Positions 9,172 through 16,856 of a DNA stretch of 64,000 bases are shown here, one piece after another. The notes under the pieces are model-generated. The model saw only the letters and a list, made by a program, of their open reading frames with translations, was not told the origin of the DNA and did not search any database. A program made the position numbers and the translations under genes. Source of the stretch: Cellvibrio sp. 79 (GTDB lineage: Bacteria > Pseudomonadota > Gammaproteobacteria > Pseudomonadales > Cellvibrionaceae); NCBI GenBank assembly GCA_003056245.1, contig MVDH01000001.1, positions 158,794-222,793 of the forward strand, in the 5' to 3' direction. Each line of letters starts with the position of its first letter. Position 1 is the first letter of the stretch.

Positions 9172-9399
9172 TTAAGGTAAAAAAGCGCGTTTCGCGTTGT
9201 GCTTGAGAATCAGACTTTCCAGCACCGCCTTGGCCACTTTGCGGTCTTCCTCATCAAACTGGCTGAGCGCTTCAAACTGCAACCGCAGTTCATCACTTGG
9301 GCCTCGTGCATCTTCCCCAAACACCAACACATCAAGGCTGGTATGCAGCTCTTTAGCCAGTCTTGCCAGCGTATCTAACGTAGGCTGTGCTGTTCCCAC
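9172..9399 (-). pseudogene. 5'-truncated XRE-family regulator
   Basis: GTAQPTLDTLARLAKELHTSLDVLVFGE is the end of an XRE HTH domain; the N-terminal helices are missing. Confidence 0.75.
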
Positions 9400-9506
9400 A
9401 GCAAATAATCCTAATCACTGTACTATGTGTAATATTTCTGCGCAGAAAGCAGAAGAACTTTTTACTCCTACAATAAAGAATCCAAGCAAATAAACTGAGC
9501 AGCCTT

Positions 9507-9770
9507 ATGAAAATTAAAAAATCTTATCTCGAAGAAATTAAGAGTCGCCTCGCGAGCGCGTCTCCAGGGGCTTGGGTTTCTTACGTGGAAGGACGTGATC
9601 ATACATCGGGATGCAATTTTATTATGACTGGTGTTGGAGGGGTGAGAGGACAAGATATTGAGTTAAGTGGCGCGACTAACTCAGATCAAGATTTTATAGC
9701 TCATGCTCGACAAGATATTGAAGTTTTAATAAAAATTCTGGAAGGAAATAATTTAGTGGATGATGACTAG
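9507..9770 (+). CDS. Hypothetical protein, probable orphan immunity protein
   Basis: 87 aa with ASPGAW...DQDFIAHARQDI pattern; same position relative to repeat copy 2 as the HEAT gene to copy 1. Confidence 0.6.
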   Translation: MKIKKSYLEEIKSRLASASPGAWVSYVEGRDHTSGCNFIMTGVGGVRGQDIELSGATNSDQDFIAHARQDIEVLIKILEGNNLVDDD

Positions 9771-9790
9771 ATTGGGCAATTAAATTATCT

Positions 9791-10030
9791 AACCCCGACC
9801 AGCATGCTGGCCGGGCTTTTGTTTTTATAAGCGTTTGAGTTTGCCCGTCACTCCGCCGTCAACACCAAACACCCTTGCATCACCCGAATCGTCACCGGCG
9901 AATCAATATTAAATCCCGCCTGCTCCAACCAATGCCCTTTCAGTTACAACCAGGGCACGGTGGCCTGTGGCGGGTAGTGTGTCTTTCGCCGGTAGTTGTA
10001 AGTGATACACCCGGCCTTGATCTTGCGAAT
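9791..10030. repeat. ~240-bp direct repeat, copy 2
   Basis: Near-identical to 8797-9037. Confidence 0.95.
9848..10030 (-). pseudogene. symE: Second SymE-family pseudogene, 5' truncated
   Basis: IRKIKAGCITYNYRRKTHYPPQATVPWL*LKGHWLEQAGFNIDSPVTIRVMQGCLVLTAE*. Confidence 0.85.
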
Positions 10031-10081
10031 AGTTTGGATAAAGCCATCGATTGGATCAAAAGCATGCAATAGATTGAAGGT

Positions 10082-10115
10082 ATCCTCCGGGTGCAATACT
10101 CAGCACCCGGAGGAT
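10082..10115. terminator. 13-bp perfect stem-loop downstream of the five-gene cluster
   Basis: atcctccgggtgc-aatactca-gcacccggaggat; no clear U-tract. Confidence 0.5.
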
Positions 10116-10137
10116 GCACGGCGACGCAGAATAAGAG

Positions 10138-11520
10138 TTAGGGCGAGTTATTGGCCTCACAGCCAATGGCTATAAAAATATTATTTTGTGCATCCGGTGC
10201 GGTAAGGCAGCGCAAGTTGATTTTGGATACGAGTAGCAGTTCGGAATCAAAATAGCGCAGGTTTATTGTCTGGTTATTCAGTTGATCTACATTTTTAAAG
10301 CGTAACTTGGGTGCCCATGTCAGGGGCGAGGTGCTTTCGCTGGTATAAATGGCAACGAATAGTTCTTGTTTTAAATAATTAACCAAAGCGGAATCAAGTG
10401 CAGTGGTAAGGTTGGTTGATTCTGCCAATACAATGGCACCAGTGGATATTGCCGAGGAAACAAAAGCCTTAATGGTAGTTTCATCCCAGCGGGTTGTTCC
10501 TGCCGATATCTGTGTATCCAGGTTGGCCAGCAAGGTTTTCCAATTGATAGTTATGTTTGTTGTACTTACATTGGTTTTGGATAATGGCCAATTAAAGTAA
10601 AGCTGCCAGGTATGTTGTAAATCCCCGTCGGCAGTTGACAATATCCGATCAAATTCACGCGTGCCGGGCAGGGTGTAGTCAATAGCCAATGTGCCGCGCA
10701 AGGATTTGTTGCCTGAAATAGCTTCAGGATCAAAATTCAATGCTTCGTATCTAAAACTGCCGATATTGTTAATCGTTTGCGGGGCAATTATTTCGTCTTT
10801 GTCGATCAGATTGCAATCGTGCAACGTGACCGCATTGCCATTGATAAGCAGCGTTAAATTTTTGCATTGAATTTGTACGCGTGCTGCAGGTACTACAGTT
10901 GTGTACCGCTGTTCCAGCTGTATCGCTGGTGGTTTAACCTTAACATCTGCAAGTTGGGTAAAACCTGCTGCTTCACTCTCTTGCTGCAGTTTTTGCAGAT
11001 CAACATCCAATGTAAATCTGCTGGAAAACGTGAGTTGATTGGTTGAATACCAATCTGTACTGCTGAGATCCAGAAACATTTTCAATAAATTGGAAACTTT
11101 ATTGGTGCGCTGCACCGAAGCAACACCGGGCAGTCCTGTTAATGCCAATTGTTTTGGTAAATAGTGTAATACTTGTGGTTCTGTTGGATCGGAAAAAACA
11201 TAAAAATATTCGTTGGTTATTGCAGTAAATTGGCTGCTGGCATCAATTAGCTGGCCTTGGGGTTTAGTTGATGAACTGCTGGAAGAAGTTATGACCTGAC
11301 TTGAGGAAATTGATGTTTGCACACTACTTGAGGAGCTCGGCAGCCCCGGTGAACTCATAGTGCTGATCGAGCTGGCGATACCAGGCGCACTGCTGGCATC
11401 GCTTCTAGTGCTGCCGCTGTTACCGCCTCCCCCCCCGCAACTAACCAACATTAAAAACGAAAGTGTGAGTGTGGAAAATCGACTAACCGAAAATAGGTTG
11501 GTGATAGCAAGCGAGTTCAT
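10138..11520 (-). CDS. Lipoprotein with Ser-rich linker and a domain of an unnamed family (paralog C)
   Basis: Lipobox LVSC, then a Gly/Ser-rich linker; shares motifs with 13828-15081 and 15177-16445. Confidence 0.85.
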   Translation of the reverse strand: MNSLAITNLFSVSRFSTLTLSFLMLVSCGGGGGNSGSTRSDASSAPGIASSISTMSSPGLPSSSSSVQTSISSSQVITSSSSSSTKPQGQLIDASSQFTAITNEYFYVFSDPTEPQVLHYLPKQLALTGLPGVASVQRTNKVSNLLKMFLDLSSTDWYSTNQLTFSSRFTLDVDLQKLQQESEAAGFTQLADVKVKPPAIQLEQRYTTVVPAARVQIQCKNLTLLINGNAVTLHDCNLIDKDEIIAPQTINNIGSFRYEALNFDPEAISGNKSLRGTLAIDYTLPGTREFDRILSTADGDLQHTWQLYFNWPLSKTNVSTTNITINWKTLLANLDTQISAGTTRWDETTIKAFVSSAISTGAIVLAESTNLTTALDSALVNYLKQELFVAIYTSESTSPLTWAPKLRFKNVDQLNNQTINLRYFDSELLLVSKINLRCLTAPDAQNNIFIAIGCEANNSP

Positions 11521-11764
11521 TCTGGTCCTTCTCTTTTGTTGGCGCAGCCATTGATTAATTCGGCTTTTTGCGGGTTTCTTTTGGGTGATGTCGTGGGAAA
11601 CAGGTTAAAACTATTTCAATTTATTGCCTGCAAGATCTGTCGTGCTTAGTTACGCTAACATGGAAATTTTATAGCTTCCATGTGGCAAGTAAATTACGTA
11701 TGAGATTGCTAACACCTTCACAATGAGTGTCGCCTTAATCGCCAGACTGAAAACATCCAGATTA

Positions 11765-12892
11765 TTAAGGCCCTGTCGCGAGGGGTTGTTGCGCACAAAA
11801 TTTCTTAAGGTCCCGGTCGGGACAGCCCATATTAATCCAGGTCGCTAATACAGTAATTGCCGTGAATGAAAGCGGCTTTCCAGTCATGGGCATACCGGGC
11901 TGTTCCGCGCCTATCCCCACTTGTTGTTCCGCGTGGCGTATTAGTAATCGGTTCACCAATTGTTGCGGGTCATTGTTTTTTAACCAGGTGACAATACCCT
12001 GGGTTGAAGTATCAAATTTTTCGGTGGCGCGGCCGCCAATGGAATGGCAATGAACACAGCTCCCATCGCGCCAAAATTTTTGCCACATATAATTAATTTC
12101 AGATACGGGTAACGTTGTATTTTTATTCTGGAAGTTGGCGATATATTTTTTTGCCAATGTATCTACCTCTGCTTCTTTCTCTATCCGGATGGATTGAAAA
12201 TAAGCGTGTAGATATTGGCTTTCGTCCTTGGTAATTGCAACTTGGGGCATGTTGCGATTTTCTTTGGTTATATTTTGATTGTTAGCGTAACGATAAATCC
12301 AATCAGCAGAAAACAGGCTCATCGCAGCAGGGTTGTAGCGCGATGGATCGCTTGATGCGTGGCAACCGCTACATTTGTTCTGGAATAGGCTCTTTCCAAG
12401 TTTGCTATGTTTCCTATCGTTGGGGTTATTGGTATCAAATGAATGGGTTTTTTTTAAGCTCGGGTAAGCCATCATCAGCGGCGCGGAGCAAACTCCGCTA
12501 GCTGCGCAATAGCCATGCGGGCGCCGTAGGAAATTGGTTAGGTTTTTTTCATCTGTCCTGGTATGTCCTGCTGTTGTTATAGGATCGAAGTGAGCATTCA
12601 AATAGGGTAAAGGATCGCGTTCCATGCGATTAATACGATCATCAGAGATGGGCAGGGAGGAAAAGCGTTCGTCTTGCTTTCCTTGCTGGTGAATGGTGGC
12701 GACTTCTGTCAATTCATTATGGCAACCGAAACACTGGGCGTTTTCCCAGCGACCGAATCCAGTCGGGAATTTTTTTTCTACATGAGTACGCGATGAAAAA
12801 TGGCACTCTGAACATTCCTGGCTGTTCGGCAACACTATCGCCATAACAAACTGGCAACTGCAAAAAATCATGCACACCAAAAACCGTAACAT
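11765..12892 (-). CDS. Exported tetraheme c-type cytochrome
   Basis: Signal peptide; four CxxCH motifs (CSECH, CFGCH, CSGCH, CVHCH); distal MP motifs after the third and fourth. Confidence 0.88.
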   Translation of the reverse strand: MLRFLVCMIFCSCQFVMAIVLPNSQECSECHFSSRTHVEKKFPTGFGRWENAQCFGCHNELTEVATIHQQGKQDERFSSLPISDDRINRMERDPLPYLNAHFDPITTAGHTRTDEKNLTNFLRRPHGYCAASGVCSAPLMMAYPSLKKTHSFDTNNPNDRKHSKLGKSLFQNKCSGCHASSDPSRYNPAAMSLFSADWIYRYANNQNITKENRNMPQVAITKDESQYLHAYFQSIRIEKEAEVDTLAKKYIANFQNKNTTLPVSEINYMWQKFWRDGSCVHCHSIGGRATEKFDTSTQGIVTWLKNNDPQQLVNRLLIRHAEQQVGIGAEQPGMPMTGKPLSFTAITVLATWINMGCPDRDLKKFCAQQPLATGP

Positions 12893-12908
12893 GTGACTCC
12901 CCGTTTAT

Positions 12909-13757
12909 TTACAGTATTGTATTTACGTTAACGATTTCTTCCCGTACTGCAGGAACCGATAAAAATTCATTGCTCGCATTAAGCTGAACTTTTAACGTTT
13001 TTCCGGACAAGGTGAAAGTGTTTAAAAATAATTCCCATGCTTTAAATGTAATGGGTGCTGAACCCGTTTCGCCAAACAAGCTGGAAGGTAGTTGCGCTGC
13101 GTGGTAAGTAACAGCAGACAGAGGTCCCTGGTAATTATTTAAACTATCTTTTTGCAGCGCACCGAGGCTATTAAGCTCAAACAGGATGTCAGAAAAGCTA
13201 ACGTTGATCGCGGGCGACAGTTGCTCTTCGATGCGAAACGAGAGTGAGATAACACTATTGGCTGTAAGGTAATCTACCAGTGACTTTTCCTGTGCGCTTT
13301 GCGCCGTTGTAACGTAACGAATGATTAACGAACAGGCTCTGGGATAGCTGCCACCCAACAATACAGTGGTGTAAGCTAATCCCAATTCCGATATTTTTCG
13401 TCTGGCTTCTGTAGATAGTTGGCAGAGTGTTGCATCAGCCGGAATGAGATTTTTTCTATTGTCCAGAATACCGTTATCCAGAATAAATTGATTGTGTTCT
13501 GCGGAATTAATTGCAGTTGGATTTAGCATCAGGGAAATTGATCGCCAACCCGTTGCGTAATTGATTGGTGTTGAAACTGTTTTTTTGTAACGAGTGTATA
13601 AAAATGACCCTTGCCTGTCGCTGCCAGTTATTGGTAGAAAAATAAAATCACTGAATATTTTTCGCTTTTCCAGATCATAACCGGACAAGTCTGCACGGCT
13701 ATTCAATGAGATCAGCGATACAACCATTGCACAACAAAAAATCATCAGCTTTTTCAT
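12909..13757 (-). CDS. Exported hypothetical protein
   Basis: Sec signal MKKLMIF...SRA; RBS AGGAGG; 16-nt gap to the cytochrome gene. Confidence 0.8.
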   Translation of the reverse strand: MKKLMIFCCAMVVSLISLNSRADLSGYDLEKRKIFSDFIFLPITGSDRQGSFLYTRYKKTVSTPINYATGWRSISLMLNPTAINSAEHNQFILDNGILDNRKNLIPADATLCQLSTEARRKISELGLAYTTVLLGGSYPRACSLIIRYVTTAQSAQEKSLVDYLTANSVISLSFRIEEQLSPAINVSFSDILFELNSLGALQKDSLNNYQGPLSAVTYHAAQLPSSLFGETGSAPITFKAWELFLNTFTLSGKTLKVQLNASNEFLSVPAVREEIVNVNTIL

Positions 13758-13771
13758 AAAACCTCCTGCTT

Positions 13772-13800
13772 AAAAAAAGGAAGCGGTTGCCCGCTTCCTG
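13772..13800 (-). terminator. Intrinsic terminator inside the cluster
   Basis: Minus strand aggaagcgg-gcaa-ccgcttcc followed by a T7 run. Confidence 0.85.
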
Positions 13801-13827
13801 AGTATTAATGAGCAATATTTAATGAGA

Positions 13828-15081
13828 TTAAATACCGAACAACGCTTTGCAGTTAGGCGCGGTAGAGGCAACTACAGGCGTACCAAAACCGCCGGTCAAG
13901 CAACCAACAAACATGTCAGTACGAGCGGTTTTGATGACAGGACCCGGGTTGTAGTTGAATACGCGAGTTTCATTTACGCTAAATATTTGCTTCTCGTAGT
14001 TAGCGCGCAAGGTGAAAACGGCACTTGCCTGACGGCTCACATTTGGTAGGTTGGGCTGTGCATAGCTGGTCATTTCGGCAAAAATTTCATTGCGAATTTC
14101 ACGCTCAAGTGCAGCTACCGCACCCACAAAATCTGAAGCATTGGGTGCATTCAACACCCATTGGTTATTGGCATTAAGGTATTCCACTTTAATACTGCCA
14201 TCGCGCACCAGGCGCTGGAAGAAAGTAGATACTTCTATATCCACACAAGCCCAGTTATGGATAGCGGCAAAAGTGGTGGCCTTTTCAAATACCTGGTTGT
14301 AATTGATGGTGAAACGCGCGGTGCGAGTAATGGAACTGGTGGGAATTTCCCAGTCCACTACGGCAGAGAGCGATTCATCAAAGTTTGCACCGGAGGCCAG
14401 GTTTGATGTCACCGAATTAGTGTAATCCGGAGTGGTTTTTGCCTGGAATGGAATACTGGTAGATACCGACGTTTGTCCGGTAGGAACCAGCGCGGTAAAT
14501 TTCTGGATGGTATCTACTTCTTTAATAGTGCCATCTTCATAAACCACTTCGCACTTTGGCATGGAAACTTCCGTGGTAACACCTGTCACCGGATTAGTGA
14601 CCAACAGCTTGGTAGTAGTACAGTTTGCGTGCAGTTTTCCATCGGTATCCAGGCCGCTCACAATAAATTTAGTGGTGGCTTTTTTAGCTTGCGCTGGCGC
14701 AATTTGCACACCCAGGCTGTTTGCCTCATTTTGCAATTGTGTACGTTGTGGAGCAAAACCAGCGGTAGAAAATGAGCCACCTAACACCGCAACAGTTTGC
14801 CCGGCAAAAGCGCCACTAAATTCAGTGAAATAATTTGCGTTAAAACGTGGAACAGGGTTGGACGGAGTGCCTAGCATGGCAACGGAACCATATTTGGGTA
14901 CGTACCAAACCAATTTATTGTTATCACTGTCTGCATACAATTCAAAGTTGGCGAGCACCTCTGCACTAAAACGAACGGGTACAGGTTTTTGCTCGGGGGC
15001 AACCGGACTTGCATTGGCAAGCATCGGCAAAGTTATTGCAGAAGCTAACGCAACCATATGAGCTTTCTTGGTGAAATTCAT
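13828..15081 (-). CDS. Exported protein of an unnamed family (paralog B, putative major subunit)
   Basis: Signal peptide ending LANA; RBS AGGAGG; motifs shared with paralogs A and C. Confidence 0.85.
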   Translation of the reverse strand: MNFTKKAHMVALASAITLPMLANASPVAPEQKPVPVRFSAEVLANFELYADSDNNKLVWYVPKYGSVAMLGTPSNPVPRFNANYFTEFSGAFAGQTVAVLGGSFSTAGFAPQRTQLQNEANSLGVQIAPAQAKKATTKFIVSGLDTDGKLHANCTTTKLLVTNPVTGVTTEVSMPKCEVVYEDGTIKEVDTIQKFTALVPTGQTSVSTSIPFQAKTTPDYTNSVTSNLASGANFDESLSAVVDWEIPTSSITRTARFTINYNQVFEKATTFAAIHNWACVDIEVSTFFQRLVRDGSIKVEYLNANNQWVLNAPNASDFVGAVAALEREIRNEIFAEMTSYAQPNLPNVSRQASAVFTLRANYEKQIFSVNETRVFNYNPGPVIKTARTDMFVGCLTGGFGTPVVASTAPNCKALFGI

Positions 15082-15176
15082 AAAACATCCTCCTGGTTTT
15101 GGTTGGTGAATTGCACGGAATGTGCACTATTATTACCCCTCCTTAGAGAAGTGAATAATTCTTGTGGAATGCTGGT

Positions 15177-16445
15177 TTAGCGCAGATATTTACAGCGTGG
15201 ATCGGAAGCGTTCCAAACCACTTCACTGTCAATATCCCCAATTACACATTGAATGCTCAAGTCGGTGTAAGCGTAGATATCACTAGTGTTGTTGCGCTGA
15301 TAAAGTGAAAAGGTCTGGATGGGAGTTTCGAATAATTTTTTATAATCGATATTGAGTGTGTAAAAGCGTTTTGTCGTGGCTGCACCTGGTGATTTGGCTT
15401 CAACAATAATTAGTGATTTGCTTTTTGCTATACGTAAAAGTTCGTGCGCGACATTTTCCAGTAGTGGCAGATTAGGGTTCCACCAAGGGCCCAAGGAATA
15501 ACCTGGTGCTAATTTGATTTTCACAGTATTGGCGAGGCGAGTATCGTTAATTATGCGCACTGCAAGTAAATAAGCATCTTGTTCGGTAACTACATAATTA
15601 AGATCGGCCATGTATTTCACCAGCGCACTATAAAAATCAATCCAGTCAATAGTGACTGTCGCAATTTCAATGCGTTTGCCATTATTGATGTTCCAGCGCA
15701 ATTGCCCGGAAAAAAAGTTATCCCAGCCAGCGCCTGAAGCCAGCACCTCGGAAACCAGAGGGGAAATTTGGTTGAAGGCTTTTGCATCGAACGCAAGTTG
15801 TTGCTGCGTATTACCATTTTTATCGATGATTGATGAATCCAGCGCATAGATACTTTGTAATGGCCTGATGGTTCCGCTTTGGTCCATTGCACTGCAGCTG
15901 GGAAGGTTTATGTTGGCACCATTAGGTAATGTGACTTGCAGGAAGGTGCAATAGGGTTGAATCTTTCCACTTGCGTCAGTTACAAAACCATCTGCAATAA
16001 AAAAAGTTTCTGCATCACTGATAGGTGCTGGACTTAGTGTTAAGCCAAGTTTTTTTGCTGTGGCTAACAGATAAGCCAAATCTGTTTTTGCTCCAGTGGA
16101 ATCAAATGTGCCATTGATTTTTATATGTTCTGCTGGAAAATACGGCTCATTAGAGAGGCCTGAAACAACTTTTAAATTCACAACATTGGAGCCAGTCCTG
16201 GGAGCAATACCTGCTTGCTTGACAACGTAATATCCCAAATTGACGTCGCTGGAGTCAGCAAAAAAAGCGTATTTTTGTTGTAGGTCAATAGGGAATTTAC
16301 TGTTGAGATCTTTGACAGCTGGTGAGACAGGGAAGGCATAAATATTCCCTGATATACTAAAAAATAACGAGAGAAAAATTAAATTTTTAAAAAAACAGAA
16401 AGTGGCCAACAAACGCTTTTTAATAATGATAGATTTGTTACTCAT
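15177..16445 (-). CDS. Exported protein of an unnamed family (paralog A)
   Basis: Signal peptide ending NIYA; RBS AGGAG; motifs shared with paralogs B and C. Confidence 0.85.
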   Translation of the reverse strand: MSNKSIIIKKRLLATFCFFKNLIFLSLFFSISGNIYAFPVSPAVKDLNSKFPIDLQQKYAFFADSSDVNLGYYVVKQAGIAPRTGSNVVNLKVVSGLSNEPYFPAEHIKINGTFDSTGAKTDLAYLLATAKKLGLTLSPAPISDAETFFIADGFVTDASGKIQPYCTFLQVTLPNGANINLPSCSAMDQSGTIRPLQSIYALDSSIIDKNGNTQQQLAFDAKAFNQISPLVSEVLASGAGWDNFFSGQLRWNINNGKRIEIATVTIDWIDFYSALVKYMADLNYVVTEQDAYLLAVRIINDTRLANTVKIKLAPGYSLGPWWNPNLPLLENVAHELLRIAKSKSLIIVEAKSPGAATTKRFYTLNIDYKKLFETPIQTFSLYQRNNTSDIYAYTDLSIQCVIGDIDSEVVWNASDPRCKYLR

Positions 16446-16856
16446 CGCGAAACACTCCTTGCTAAAGAAAATTATTAAAATAATCGATCCAATAAAAACA
16501 ATTGACTGTAAAAATTTTCCGTTAAATAGCGTGCTGTCTGTTCTTTTTTTAATCTATCGCATAAAAAAATACATTTCTATCTATTTAAATGACACGTGTG
16601 TTTGGCAGCTGTGGATTATTTTTTGATTCATTTTTTGTAAAAAAAATATCATTGCTATTTTATAAAATGACTGATTTGAGAGGTTGATTTAGAGACAAGT
16701 ATTGGCGCAACAAATATTCTATTGTCACCTTTTTAATGAAATAGCGTTTTGGTTTGTTAGGGAATAATCAGGCTGGGGCAGTTGGAGCTGCCAAAATATT
16801 TGCTAATCATTTTTTCGAATTAATAGGTGGGTTGTGTGCGCTTTTTTGAAATCAGG

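Noticed and set aside
9197-9399. 5' part of the 98-aa plus-strand ORF 9197-9493
   Set aside because: Antisense to the XRE remnant; only the last ~30 codons are considered possibly meaningful.
9875-10072. 65-aa plus-strand ORF
   Set aside because: Antisense shadow of the symE pseudogene in repeat copy 2.
11270-11440. Ser/Gly-rich low-complexity tract as a DNA repeat element
   Set aside because: It is the in-frame flexible linker of the lipoprotein.
10138-16445. Assignment of the paralogs to known CDC/MACPF, T6SS or pilin families
   Set aside because: No diagnostic motif (for example CDC undecapeptide or YGR, prepilin cleavage site) was visible; left unassigned pending structure search.
6013-16856. 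Intact prophage, ICE or IS element
   Set aside because: No integrase, transposase, tRNA target or terminal repeats were seen; only decayed cassette remnants.
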